Translations under genes and position numbers: made by a program | Notes under the pieces: model-generated | What the model was told of the DNA's origin: nothing | Databases searched by the model: none | What the model saw: the letters and a program-made list of their open reading frames with translations, nothing else | Shown: one piece after another, positions 27,603 through 42,070 of the stretch | Numbering within the stretch: position 1 is the first letter of the stretch | How the letters are laid out: each line of letters starts with the position of its first letter | Source: Eledone cirrhosa | Taxonomy: Eukaryota | Length of the DNA: 64,000 nt | Reading direction: 5' to 3' | Assembly (NCBI GenBank): GCA_964016885.1 | Contig: OZ024742.1 | Span: forward strand, 331,266,001-331,330,000

Positions 27603-30600
27603 AATCTACCACAATATACGGTAGTTTCCAATCCGTATGAAGAAAAAATGTAATCCAAATATCCTTAAAAGAGAAGATGCATTTTAAAGATCTTCGATGA
27701 AAATCACAGGAAAACAGAGTCAAGATAAATTAATAAAAACAATGAATAAAAACAAAGAACAAGTTCCTTATATTAAAAAGTTCATCATTTTACGATTGTT
27801 TCTAGGGTATATATGTGGGATGGTATGTAAATCATATAGATCTATGTAAAAATATTACATATTGATGTTATTAAAGAATAATGTTAAAAACGAAGGAGAG
27901 TAACATTTAGGGTAAAGGTATCAGTGAGAAATACCAATCTTATATAGACTACAAGGAATCTAGATTCATAACAGGAAATTAAATTAATTTATATGTATAC
28001 TTTTGGGTATTAATTTTAGGAAAAGAGAGCTGTAAGAGGGAAATACAATTATGAAGTTCTCTGTAGTAAAGTACTAATTATAGGTTAACTAAATAAAAAA
28101 AAACTAATTATAATAATAAGTAAAATATAAGTGTAAGGTGTATATTAAAGAGGTTTATAATAGTTTAAGGTTCTTCTAATTCTATGATTTGAAGATATAA
28201 TTAATTATTGTCGCTTATTTAATAGGATATCCTTAGATTTCATTATTGCAAAAGGTTCCTGGGAGCATAATCTACACTCAAATCTGTTATTTTGATAAGG
28301 GTAGCTCTGTTGAGCACACACCAGGTCAGGTTGTAATCAATATTCTTTTTTCTATAATTATTAATTGTTTCAGCCAAGAATGTTGTATTAGCTAATGCGG
28401 CATTTTTAAAACTATGTTTGTGGGTATTAAATCTTACTATAAATTGGTTAGATGTAGCTCCTTGAGTCCTTAGTGCTTATTTTCCATTTATAGACTATGT
28501 TATTAATAACACAATTTCCCTTTAATGGACATTTTTTTTGTTTCTACAGTTACAACCATTCGTGAATATTATATCAGGGGAGTTAGTCAAATTTGGTGTG
28601 GAATTTACTTGACTTGTTATATGTGAAGGAGATGGTGGTTTGTTGCGGTTTATTTTAGTATTATGGTTGGTTTGACGTGTTGGTGGTATATTCGTGGTTC
28701 TTTTACATTCATATGCATTGTAAGGACTTATATTTTGTTGTATATTTTTGGTAGTGGAGTAGGAAAATTTGACAGTTGATCTATTTAAAATTTGATGGTA
28801 TTTATGGTTTGGCGGGAAGTTCTTCTCTAGGATAGTAAACATTTTTTTAGGGATATTATCTTTAATTTGTAGATTAAATGGAACATTATACCAAGTAACT
28901 CGTCTATTACGGTTTCGATGTTATTTTTTATATTTATACGATGTATCATGATGTTTACTAAGAGGGTTAGTATTAGTGAATTTATTATATATAGGTTTAG
29001 CTAGATTAACTGATTTAGGTGTTTTAGTCTGATTATTAGGAATGTTGTTAGTAATGTTATTAACTGATATTGGAGTATTAGGAAGAATGTTTTTTTTGAA
29101 ATTTATTATATTTTATGTGAGAAGAGGTAGAGAAATTAAGTTTTAGGTTGGTATTTTTGGGTGTAGTGTGCGTGGCATTTAGGTGTGTGTTTTTCATTTG
29201 GTGTTCGTTGGTTATATTGGGTTGTATGTTTGAGGTATTATTGGTGCAAGGTATAGAGTCTAATCTGTTTTTGTGGCCGCTTCTAGCTAAAGCTTCGTTA
29301 TAAAAGGGCACATTTTTATCGAATATATCCTGGTTAGATGAAAGGTTAGAAATTCTGAGTGAGATATTATATGCTCGGTTTTTAAGGATAGATCTAGGGT
29401 GATTGGATTGTGATTGTATGCAATGTAAGTTTTGGTTAGGTTTATGGTAAGGTTGGTAGATACCCGTAGATAAGTATAATGTTATATCTAGGAAATTAAC
29501 TATTTTACTGGTGTTTTTAAACGTAATAGTGCTATTGTAATATTCTTTGAGGAAAGGTCTAATAAGTTTTTTTTATTTTTTTCAATTTATGATAGGCTAA
29601 GATTAGTGGAAAGAAGAAGACCGTCATCACGATATAAACCACCTTTAAGGTGGGGAAAAGAAGAATTTATATTAAATAGAAGAAAGAGGCCCACAAGGTC
29701 GGTAATTTGGGCAGAATCACTAGAGACCATACTAATATCGAAGAGATTACTATATGTATTTCTGGTCCAGTATTCATTCTGAAATTCCAGTAGTGTTTGT
29801 CAAGCGTGCGTGATAATATTAATGTCATCCATAGTTAAGTTTGATATATTTTTTGCAAATATCAAGGCTTTGTTCAGGAGTATGGGTGATATAGAGGAAC
29901 AATAAGCCTCTATATCAAATTGTAGAAATGAAGGAGATGATTTATTTCTAATATTAGTAAACCAGTTTATTACTTGGTATGTGTTTTCCCAAAGTGGTGA
30001 ATTAACGTGTTTTATTAATTGTGAGATGAGTCTGTCTAAACATTTTTTACTAATGAAGCCAATGTCAGATTTGGAAGGGCATATAAATCTTATAGAAGGA
30101 TTAGAGTTACAGTTAGATTTGTGATCTTTCAGGTTAAAGTGTGTTTTTTTCAGTGCCAAAGGTTCAGTTCTGTCTTCAATATTGAGTTTATTTACTATGT
30201 TGTGTGTTTTGTTGTTGATGTTGGTAAGAGCCGCATTATTTTTTTTTAAATAATTTTTCCTGTGTTCTTTATAAATGAACTCATTGTAATTATCAATATC
30301 CATGTGGTATAGCTTTCCAGTTTTGTCAGAGTGGACTTGGACTTTGTTAGATTTTTTAGATTCAATAGGGTAGAGTCAAGATCCTTTTGAAAATTAGATT
30401 TATATTTCTTAAATCTAAGGTGTTTGATTAAGTTAAATAGGTCTTTCTCGAAATTTTCAAGCAATGAGTTGTGTGGTTGGTTTTTATATGTAGTGAAATC
30501 ATATAAATATTTCTTATCAGACCTTTTGTTTTTTATCAAAGTGGTAGGCCCTCCATCTGACCCTTTTGATGAATTGGTTGGTTTTTTGTATCATAAGAAG

Positions 30601-32045
30601 TAAGAATTCATCCTTAGAAGATATCGGTATATTCTTTAAAGAAGTACCCAAGTATTTTTTCCATTGTAATATGGATAATGGACAATAAAGAGAGCTCAAA
30701 CATATATATAGGGAGTTATACAAATTATATATATATATATATGAAAAGATATATATTAAAATATGAATACCTGTATAAAATTAGGAGCAAAGTATGTAGA
30801 TAAATCTACCAGAATATACGGTAGTGTCCAATCCGTATGAAGAAATCAATGTAATCCAAATATCATGAAAAGAGAAGATGCATTCAAATATTTTCGATGA
30901 AAATCACAGGAAAACAGATTCAAGATAAATTAATAAAAACAATGAATAAAAACAAATAAAAAGTCACTTACATTAAACAATTCATCATTTTACGATCGTT
31001 TCTAGAATATGTGTGTTGGTATGTATATCCTATAAATCTATGTAAAAATATTACAAACTATCAGAGTAAATATACATACCTTGACATATATATGCTGTCT
31101 TCAGAAATAATGAGATTTGTTTATTTTTAAAAAACCAACAAATATTTAATATAAAAGGTCTGTTTGGGAACAGGTTTTGAATTGACTAATAGAAAAGTAG
31201 TAAGAGGTCAAGTTGATAGAATAGTAATAGTAGAAATGTAATTTAGGTGTAGATGAATGCAGACTTATGTTTTGAATGGAAAGAATACTTTGAATGAAAA
31301 GAATACTTTGGGGTTGAAAAGAGGTCAAGTCGGTGAAGGGTACACGAAAATTTAATGTTATTAAAGAATAAGGTTAAAAACGAAGACGAGTAAAATTTTA
31401 GGGTAAAGGTATTAGTGAGAAATACCAATCTTATTTAAAACAGAGGGAAGTTAGATCTATAACAAGAATATAAATTAATTGATAGGTATACTTATAGGGA
31501 TAAATTTATATTAATTCATATGGATGTGATAAATAAGAATTAGATGTTATTAAAAAATATTGTTAAAAACGAAGGAAAATAAAATGTTGGGATAAGTGTA
31601 GTAGTGAGAAATACCAATCTTATATAGACTACAAGGAATCTAGATTCATAACAGGAAATTAAATTAATTTATATGTATACTTTTAGCTATTAAATTTTAG
31701 GTAATAATTAGGTATTAACTTTAATGTATTAAGTTTAGGTATTAATTTTAAGTATTAATTTTAGGTATTAATTATGTAAAACTTTTAGGTATTAATTTTA
31801 GGTAATAATTTATATGTATACTTTTAGGTATTAATTTGTTCAATAAACAAATCTCATTATTTCTGAAGAGAGCATATATATGTGAAGGTATGTATATTTC
31901 CTCTGATAGTTTGTAATATGTATACATAGATCTATATGATATACATACCAACACACATATATATCCTAGAAACGATCGTAACATGATGAATTGTTTTAAT
32001 ATAATGAACTTGTTTTTTGTTTTTCTTCATTGTTTTTATTAATTT
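27596..32045 (-). mobile_element. Near full-length decayed Penelope-like element with direct pLTRs and an inverted pLTR piece
   Basis: 27596-27858 repeats at 30796-31055, and 27865-28020 at about 31350-31700. About 31830-32045 is the inverse of about 30925-31130. Microsatellite flanks. Confidence 0.9.
28150..30680 (-). pseudogene. PLE RT + C-terminal GIY-YIG polyprotein, multiple frameshifts
   Basis: SLKNIPISSK..FIKRVRWRAYHF; LKDHK..PSIRFICPSKSDIG; FLQFDIEAY; GGLYRDDGLL; VNFLDITL; SNHP; WYNVPFN; TVKFSYS; CNCRNKK/CPLKGNC; CRLCSQE. Confidence 0.92.
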
Positions 32046-32125
32046 ATATAAATATATATATATATATACATACATATATACATATATACATATGCACACA
32101 CACGCACACACACACACACATACAT

Positions 32126-32177
<52 letters not shown>

Positions 32178-32804
32178 GGGAAGAGGGGGGCTTTCTTTAA
32201 ACGGATTTGAACACAAAATTGAAACCATCGGTTGAACCATAAGCAAATACACCATTCAAACTGCCATTCCCCAAACTCATGGCAACTGACAGTCAACAAG
32301 GTTTGAGTCCCTTAGTTCAGACTTCTTAGTCACTCTATGGTTTTCAATGAAATTCAAAACATATATTGAAAAGGACGGAACTGAAATGGAAAAAAAGATT
32401 TTAAGTAAGACGTGGTGTGTTGTTTTATCTACAATACTTATTCTGTATATCATTCTGTTGTGTTCAATAATATTATATATTCTTTCATTTTTCGTGTTTC
32501 TTTTTTTTTTCTTCTCAAAATAACAAATACTAACAAACAAACAAATACTACCAGCTTTCAACAGAGAAAGAAATCAATTTCCTATATTTATAAGAAACTA
32601 TTTGGAAACTCGTTAGATATTCTGACAGTGGCAGACATTGGCAGACATTGGCAGCCATTGGCCAAGCTATTGATAAAACTTCCTACTTCAGGCTAAACAC
32701 TCCAAATAATATTTAGCTTGACATTATTTTTTTTATCGATATTGTTATATATTTTTTTTCAATATCTATACATATAATTCCGTCTGTATCAGTATACATG
32801 CATA

Positions 32805-33642
<838 letters not shown>

Positions 33643-34301
33643 GGCGAGTTGAGTATTTGCGTGTGTGTGTGAGTGTGTGTGTCTGTCTGTCTTGTTTTCC
33701 GTTCAATTTTCTTGTCATTTTGTTATATTGTAGATTTATTGTAGTTTGAATTGATTCATCTCGATTTGAAATGTAGATTGAATTGCATCCATCTCAGTTT
33801 GTTTTATGAGTACAGATTATTGACGTACATTGTAAATGATTTGTCGCGTCAGAGCGATGTTGATATTGCTGGTGCTGCTGTTGTTAATTAGCAGTAAATC
33901 ATATCCTATACGGTAGACACATAGTTAAATTCCTTCTTGCTATGGACATTTTATTCCTTTTTTTTCCGTTCAAGGGACGAAGTTATGGTCAAAACATTTT
34001 GGATTGGTAGACACAATTATCGGTGCTGGTGTAACTCTCACCCGGTGTAACTCTAACAACTCTGCCTTGCCAGTCATGTGCAAGGGTATAAGCTTTGGAT
34101 ACTAAAACATATTACAACTGTCTTATTTTTTCTGTAAATACAATGAATATATAGCAAACGGTTATACAAAACTCTTATTTTCATGTCTTGATATATACAC
34201 TACATAAACGCTACGTAAAAGGTAAATAGAAATAACAACACAATCGGTACAGTATATGGAAGGGTTATATTAGGTTAACGCTTGATATAGCAGGAAGAGG
34301 G

Positions 34302-34337
34302 TCTTAACGTTTCGGACGCTAGGCCTTCATCAGAAGA
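34302..34337 (-). ncRNA. Minimal hammerhead ribozyme
   Basis: Minus strand: tctt-CTGATGA-aggcctagcgtcc-GAAA-c-GTT-aaga. Palindromic aacgtt stem III, stem I tctt/aaga. Confidence 0.7.
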
Positions 34338-35289
34338 AAGAATGATAAATAAGATAGATTGAGAGGACGGGCGGGATGGAATTTGAAAAAATGTATTTAG
34401 ATAAATATATTACTCATATTCTCAACAATTTACCTGCAACTATATCTACGAAAACGTATGTATTCTCGTGTACGTGCCTGTATACAATTGTATATCTCAA
34501 TTTAATTTCATATTTTATGAAGTAAATTTCATGAAGCTGACACCAATTCAAAAGGTATGGCCTAAGCTAGAAAACTCCATATATTTTGTTTTATAGGTGC
34601 CAATAATTCGACTGTATACTGCCATTTGCTAATGCGTAGTCAGTAAAAATATAATAACGAATTCACTGTTTTCTTATATCAACAATGTTATTTCGGTCGA
34701 TATAAATATGGATGATCAACGTTCGATTCCTTTAACAAAGCATGTGTAAATATATACAAATCGATACGACATTTAATATTTTGCTAAGTGATATCTGAAA
34801 TGTGTTTACGTCTTAGTTGGGGCACTAAATCACAAAACCTTTGTTCTGGGATATACCTGGTTAAATGTAGGTGCATAAAATAAATGTTAACAATAAGTTT
34901 CTGGTGCCTGCTAAGTTATAACAAGTTCCTCTATCATCCCAGCCACATTGATTTCCAAAGATATTTTGCTAATTAAACAAAAAGCATGGTAAAACAAATT
35001 ACAAAAAGGTCTATATAAACATATACATATTTGATATATAGGTATGTAAACATGATAGAAAGCACGAATTTACAAGTAAATAGAAAGCATGATGAAAACC
35101 TGTAATCGGTAATCGAACATAAATGGACCCTCATCAGAAGGCGTCTATATCATCCGAGCAAACATAAAAAACATGAATTTGGTAGAATTAATTATGATGG
35201 TTTACTGCGGTAAAAATTTCAAAAAAGGCTCTGCTGATATAGCACACGCTAGAATGGTCTGAACGTCCACATGCCGAACAATATACTCG

Positions 35290-35820
35290 CATGAAACGTA
35301 ACAAAATAAGGTTTATATTTCAACATAGTCCCCTCTGAGGTTGATCAACATGCAGTGCTAGGGTCGCATTGGTGAAGAATCTTTCATGCCATGCGTTAAA
35401 CACCACCGACAGCAGATAAGACGTCATCAGCACTGGAATACTGATTCACAGACACGTGTTTTTTAGTTGTTGTTTTTTTCCTTTTGGAGAACAGATGATA
35501 GATGGGGAAAATCAGGTGTAGAGGGAGAGTGATCCACTTGTTCAAAGCCACAGTCATTCACAACAGCCATTGAAACAATGGACTTGGGTGCTGGAACATC
35601 GACCAGATGAAACCCGGCAGTTTTCATCAGGTTTCCTGTGCATTTATCCTTGGAAGATGGACCTTCGTAACGGACTTACAAGGTTGACATAGTACACTGC
35701 ATTGATGGTGTTCTCTTTTTAAAGGTAGTCAATATATACAATGTGTTTGGCATCGCAAATATAGCTGAAGTTTCAACTTCCCTGCATATGAAACGAACTT
35801 TGCCGTCTGTGGTGCACATG
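35290..35820 (-). mobile_element. Decayed mariner transposase 3' half
   Basis: Minus-strand CGFEQVDHSPSTPD (decayed HPPYSPDLAP), YHLF, and terminal GDYVE. Confidence 0.7.
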
Positions 35821-36209
35821 GGGAAAAATAAACGAATAGATGTATGTTCATATACTTGATTTCTAGCATTGAATTATATATATACCTATCTTTTCCACGA
35901 AAACATGCAGCTTAGAAAAGCAAGTCAAATAATCTTAACAAAGACACGAGGTAAAGTAATATTGAACACAAAATTCAGAGAAAATGATAAATACATTAAC
36001 GCACCTCCCCACAAAAATAACAAAGGAGTAAATTCTTCAAACCGTAAAAATACAAAAGTTCACTCTTCCGTTAAATATATTGTTGGCCCTAGATCAACGT
36101 TTATAATTGCAATGAGATCTGCTGATGTCCACAGGTCTTTACTGACGTCACATGCTTACATAAGTGTTGGGTAGAATGCTATTTTAATTTTCTGAATAAT
36201 AATAATAAT

Positions 36210-36858
36210 AATTGTTTCTACAATTGGCACAAGGCCAGCAATTAACCAGTGCATTACTGGTACTTTCTCTTATCGACCCCGTAAGGATGAAAGCCAAATT
36301 TAACCTCGGTGGGATTTGAAGTCAGAATAGCAAGGGCCGTAACTCTATGCGCCAAAGCATGGTGTCCGACTCTCTACCGATACTGCCAATAATAATAATA
36401 ATGGTTTCTTTATTGGCCTCAAGAGATACATTGTGAAAAAACATTTCAGACGGAGCAGGATCATACAAAGTGGGTTTTAATTATTGTTTCTTGTATAGGC
36501 ACAAGGCCATCAATTTTTGGGGAGGGGAAATTCGATTAAAATCGACCCCAATGCGTGATTGGTAGTTCATTTTATCGAACCCGTAAGGATGAAAGGTAAA
36601 GTTAACATCAGCGGAATGTTTAACTCAGGCCATGAATGGACGTAACTCTATGCTTCAAAGCATAACAATTGTTTCTACTTTTGGCACAAGGCCAGTAATT
36701 ACCCAGTACATAACTGGTACTTTATTTTATAGACTCCATAAGGATGAAAAGCAAAGTTAACCTCGGCGGAATTTGAACTCAGACCATAAAGGGCCGTAAC
36801 ACTATGCGTCAAAGTATGGCGTCCGACCCTCTACCGATACTGCCAATCCACTGCCCTT
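36210..36858 (-). mobile_element. Three SINE copies (about 36210-36390, 36483-36663, 36667-36858)
   Basis: Each matches the 18115 SINE in reverse. Associated with (AAT)n. Confidence 0.88.
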
Positions 36859-37546
36859 CAAAGCATAATAATAATAATACCTTTGTATATAACCTATAGG
36901 AAGGTGAATGCCTAACACGATAGCAGTAAATTCGATAAAGTGGCCTTTGTAGACATCACGGCCAATATAATATTCTTAATAGGTATTGAAAAATACTACG
37001 GTGAAAATAAGCTGAATATCAAAGAGGAGGACAATATCAGCTTCTATTACTCCGACCAATCCTCTGTAACTCTGATCTTGGAGAATGAAATATATGAGAT
37101 AAGGATTGCCCCACTTCAGTAACATATCCCTGTATTGTGTCAATGGAAGGGAACTGTTTTTATATATAATAAGTCTACAAAGAAATTTCAACTAAAATTG
37201 ATTTTTTGTTTTGTTTTTTTAATGGCCGTTGATCGGTTTTTGAAAAAATTGTTTCGGTTTTTAGATCAGATGAACAGCTTGTGCATGATATTTACATGCA
37301 AGCGGCTGATGCCTCCACTGACCTTTGTGCCTTTTGAAATAAAAATAAAAGACCTGCCTGGAACCGTCCGTCATCAATGGCTAAATTGGACCTATATATG
37401 TATGCATACATACGTACATATATATATATATATATATACGTTTGTAGTTATAAGGCCAGGACAATGCAGGTATGGATAGAGAATATAAATGCAAATGCAA
37501 AAGATATTGTTGATAATTAGTCTTTTACCTTAAATTTACTTAAATA

Positions 37547-37583
37547 TCCTTAATTTTCGAGATAATATCTCTTCTTCGGAGGG
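37547..37583 (-). ncRNA. Degenerate hammerhead motif (U4C)
   Basis: Minus strand: ccct-CCGAAGA-agagat(att)atctc-GAAA-a-TTA-agga, inside a TA-flanked 190-bp remnant. Confidence 0.4.
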
Positions 37584-38833
37584 ATGTAAAGTGGTTAATC
37601 CTGTGTTCTATTTAGCTTGCCAACATATATATATATATATATATATATTATTCAGAATATGATTACATTCACATAGTAAAAATATATGTTTTATTATATA
37701 TATTTCGAAGGTATGTATGACATACCTCAACGGTCTTGAGGGTTCAATTCCAGTATTGGCAGTGATTTATTACAACAAATCTCAACATTTATATACACAA
37801 ATAATAATATGATAAACTTAAATTTAATGAAGAAGAGTATGTGGAGCGAGATATGGGTATAAAGAGGGGGTGAGTATGAGGAAATGCAAGAAGAAAATAA
37901 ATAAATACATACATAAATATTTAAATGCGTAAATAGACGTGTTAGGGAAGAAAAAGGAAGATAGAGAGAGATGGAAGAGAGAAGAAAGAAATAACGGCAA
38001 AAAAGAAAGAATGAGAAATGATGTGTGACCGTTGCTTTCAAATATTAAGTCAAATAGAGGCGACCAATTAAATACCATGAACTTTTTAATATCTTTTGTA
38101 TTTGGTTATGTTTATGCTAATTATCCTAATATATTATATCAAAATTAAACAATATAAAATATGTTCTATAGCAATCAGAACCATAGTTTAATTAAGTAAT
38201 ATATTTACCAAATATTTTGTTACAATATTCAAAAACAATTTTATCTTTACAGCATGTTTAAATACCCATTAAAAGATATTTATTAAAACCCATGCATATA
38301 TCACCATCAGTATATATATTTTATATTATTTTAAGAATTATTATCTGAATTATTCTATTTTCATTATAAAATCATTTCAATTCAATGGTTGTCTTTTAAT
38401 TCAGGATTAATTAGTAGTTATCTTTACTCTTAAAAGTATTATTATTTCGATTTTACTTCTGTAATTACATCTTATTATATATATATTTCCCTTTAACGAT
38501 TTATCATATATTATTAAACTGTATAAATCATGTTAAATATACATTAGCAAGTAATTTGGACAGAACAACATTATTTGTGAAGAAGGAAAACAAAGGAAGA
38601 TAACTCGTTCATCACGTGTGAACATTTAAGATATTTAAGTATTATGAATGCCAAAAGTTATTTCAAACATCAAATTCAGAAAATTCTAGTTAAACAATGA
38701 CTTTTCTAAATCCAAATTAGGATACTGAGAGTCATCATGAGATTAATTTACTATATTAAAAAAAAACGATATACAATTTATAAGGTAAAGCAAAACGTCA
38801 TGTATTTAATAATATTTCAAGCATTATTAATAG

Positions 38834-39165
38834 TCAATATTTTTTTCGATATTTGTATAATGCTTGAAAGGTTCTTCTAGACTTATGTAGACAACTTCCA
38901 AATAATGCTTTCTTCTTATTAATTAAATTACTATAATTTGTAATTATTAATAGATTCTCTAAAATTCAAAGATTGCAATCTGGTGAAATGAAAGCGTTTT
39001 GGTAGGAATCAGAAACTTTAATTTACTCCAAGAAATTGAGTATTTAATATTTTTCTCTTTCAAAGACCATATTAATTGTGATGGTGATGTGGAAAATGTT
39101 TTATCTGGATTAGGAAATGAATGTTTATGATTGGAAAAGTGAAACTTAAAGTTCGATAAGTATTG
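38834..39165 (-). pseudogene. PLE GIY-YIG C-terminal half
   Basis: FKFHFSNHKHSF..STSPSQLIWSLKEKNIKYSISW / SYQNAFISPDCNL*ILENLLII..LINKKKALFGSCLH. Confidence 0.8.
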
Positions 39166-39175
39166 TTATTATTTG

Positions 39176-39965
39176 TGGCTGTGGATTGGCAGTATCGGTA
39201 GAGGGTCGGACGCCATGCTTTGACGCATAGAGTTACGGCCCTTGCCATTCTGAGTTCAAATCCCGCCGAGGTTAACTTTGCCTTTCATCCTTACGGGGTC
39301 AATAAAATAGAGTACCAGTAATGCGCTGGGTAATTGCTGACCTTGTGCCAAAAAGTAGAAACAATTATTATTTGTTGGCAGTATCGGTAGAGGGTTGGAC
39401 GCCATGCTTTCTAGCATAGTTACGTACCATTACGGTTTGAGTTCAAATCCCGCTGAGGTTACTTTGCCTTTCATCCTTACGGGGTCGATAAAATAAAGTA
39501 CCAGTAATGTACTGGGTAATTGCTGGCCTTGTGCCTAAAGTAGAAACAATTATTTGTCTTAATGGTACATTTATACACTAGATTCTTATAAAGGCAATTA
39601 TTTTGTAAAGGGCATTCAGATTTCCTTCTTCAGTTACAATTCAATTCAATGTTATTTCTATAAACTAAACTATTCGTATTATCATTATTAGTTCAAGGTG
39701 TTCTACTATTATTCATATTTAAACTATTGTTATTGTTATTCACATTAACTAATGTATTACTATTATTATTATTATTGCGGCGGTGTATTGGCAGTATCGG
39801 TAGAGGGTCGGACGCCATGCTTTCCAGCATAGTTACGTCCCTTTACGATCTAAATTCAAATCCCGCCGAGGTTAACTTTGCCTTTCATCATTACGGGGTC
39901 GATAAAATAAAGTACCAGTAATACACTGGTTAATTGCTGGCCTTGTGCCAAAAGCAGAAACAATT
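39176..39965 (+). mobile_element. Three SINE copies (about 39176-39365, 39375-39552, 39777-39965) inserted in the PLE
   Basis: Match to the 18115 SINE. Confidence 0.9.
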
Positions 39966-39997
39966 ATAATTGTTATTATCGATAATCTTATGCTGAT

Positions 39998-40230
39998 TCA
40001 AATAAGAATTTTACTATTAATTTTTGCAATATTTTGAGCAATATTCATAGTTCTTGAATAAGAGAGTTTAACCGTGTGTCTATTGAAGATAGAGTAATAC
40101 TTATGTGATCTAGGGAAATATTTTTCCAAGGCTTTAAAAAATAAATGTGCTAAAGGTGTTTTAATAGCTAAAGATGCTGGCGGCGCATACCAAATTATAG
40201 ATCTGGTCTTTATTTTTTTCCCCGATTTAT
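39998..40230 (-). pseudogene. PLE RT-EN linker remnant
   Basis: RSIIWYAPP..FFKALEKYFPRSHKYYSIFNRHTVKLSYS, homologous to 28700-28900. Confidence 0.85.
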
Positions 40231-40651
40231 TCCTCAAGTTGTTGTTTTTACAGTCAGTTCTTTCAAGTATTACACAAATTTCGAAAAAAATATTGACTAT
40301 TAATAATTCTTGATATATTATTATATACAAAACCTTTTGCCTTACCTTAAACATTGTATATCGTATTTTTTTATATAGTAAATTAATCTCATGATGAGTC
40401 TCTGTATCCTAAGTTTGGATTTAGAAAGGTCATTGTTTAACCAGAATTTTCTGAATCTGTGGTTTGAAATATATTTTGCCTCTCATAATACTTAAATAAC
40501 TTAAATGTTCACATATGATGAACGAGTTAACTTCTTTGTTTACATTCTTCGTAAATAATTTTGTTATGTCCAAATTACTTGCTAATATATATTTAACATG
40601 ATATATACAGTTTAATAATATATGATAAATCGTTAAAGGGAAACTATATAT

Positions 40652-40750
40652 AATTGTTTCTACTTTTGGAACAAGGCCAGCAACTATCCAGTGTATTACT
40701 GTTACTTTATTTTAGCGACCCCGTAAGGCAAAGTTAAACTCGGCGGGAGT
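40652..40750 (-). mobile_element. Truncated SINE present in only one arm of the inverted repeat
   Basis: Absent at the matching position (about 38460-38480). Confidence 0.75.
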
Positions 40751-41524
40751 AAGTACGGAAGTAAAATTGAAATCATAATACTTTTAAGAGTAAATATATC
40801 TACTAATTAATCCCGTAATGAAAAGACAACCATTGCATTGAAATGATTTTATAATGAAAATAGAATAATTCAGATAATAATTCTTAACATAATATAAAAT
40901 ATATATACTGATGGTGATATATGCATGGGTTTTAATAAATATCCTTATACATATTTAATAGGTATTTAAACATGCTGTAAAGATAAAATTGTTTTTGAAT
41001 ATTGTAACAAAATATTTAGTAAATATATTACTTAATTAAACTATGGTTCTGATTGCTATAGAACATATTTGTTGTTGTTTAATTTTGATATAATATATTA
41101 GTATAATTAGCTTAAACATAACCAAATACAACAGATATTAAACATTTCATGGTATTTAATTGGTCGTCTCTATTTGATTTGATATATGAAAGCCACTGGT
41201 CATACATCATTTCTCTTTCTTTCTTTTTTGCCGTTATTTCATTCTTCTTCTCTTTTCTATCCCTCTCTATCTTGCCTAATACTTCTATTTACGCATTTAA
41301 ATATTTATGTATGTATGTATTTATTTATTTTCTTCTTGCATTTCCTCATACTCACGCCCTCCTTATACACACATCTCGCTCCACATTCTCTTCTTCATTA
41401 AATTTAAGTTTATCATGTTATTATTTGTAGTATATAAATGTTGAGATTTGTTATAATAAATCACTGCCAATACTGGAATTGAACGATCAAGACCGTTGAG
41501 ATATGTCATACATCAATTCATGTA

Positions 41525-41586
41525 TTATATCTGACGAGGACGTACTGAAAAAACAGCACAGTACCTTCGAAATATATATAATAAAA
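41525..41586 (+). ncRNA. Hammerhead motif followed by a local fold-back (about 41587-41615)
   Basis: tat-CTGACGA-ggacgtactg...cagtaccttc-GAAA-tatat-ATA-ata. The downstream tttcgaaggtactgtgctgtttt is the inverse of stem II 3'. Confidence 0.55.
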
Positions 41587-41783
41587 TATATATTTCGAAG
41601 GTACTGTGCTGTTTTATAATAAAACATATATATAATAAAACATATATTTTGATTATGTGAATGTCTTTATTTATTAACATTCTGAATAATATTAATAACT
41701 CCAGAAAACTTCATTGTAAAGTTATTTTAATCTATTGTAAAATTATATTCCTTCAGTAATCAATGAACCAAATTAATATTTGG

Positions 41784-41814
<31 letters not shown>

Positions 41815-41817
<3 letters not shown>

Positions 41818-42022
41818 ACAATAATACATTTGGAGACTAAAATCTAAAGAGGCCTCGATAAGGATAAATATATATCAATTATATAAGAACCGTAAAGCAA
41901 ATATGTATTAAAATAACAGATTAAAGTTTAAGCAAATAATCGGTGCTTTCACCCTTAACTGGATCTTCTGAAAGAAGGGTGAAAGCAGCGATTCTTTGCT
42001 TAAACTTTAATTTGTTATTTTA

Positions 42023-42023
<1 letters not shown>
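41815..42023 (-). mobile_element. Family B PLE end with fold-back (about 41908-41956 / 41976-42023)
   Basis: aaataacagattaaagtttaagcaaa...gctttcaccctt versus aagggtgaaagc...tttgcttaaactttaatttgttattt. TA flanks. Confidence 0.75.

Positions 42024-42070
<47 letters not shown>

Larger units (their letters stand above)
37648..41786 (-). mobile_element. Truncated Penelope-like element with about 1.2-kb diverged inverted arms (about 37648-38870 / 40255-41690)
   Basis: The arms align as reverse complements. PLE coding remnants lie between them. TA runs at both ends. Confidence 0.88.

Noticed and set aside
35095-35145. CTGATGA on the minus strand as a hammerhead (also 14233 and 52070)
   Set aside because: No properly placed GAAA with closing stems. 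At best decayed remnants.
38690-38745. ATGA-containing hairpin as a SECIS for the UGA at 38966
   Set aside because: No clear GA quartet or apical AA geometry. It fits a degenerate hammerhead (ATGATGA...GAAAaGTC) at least as well.
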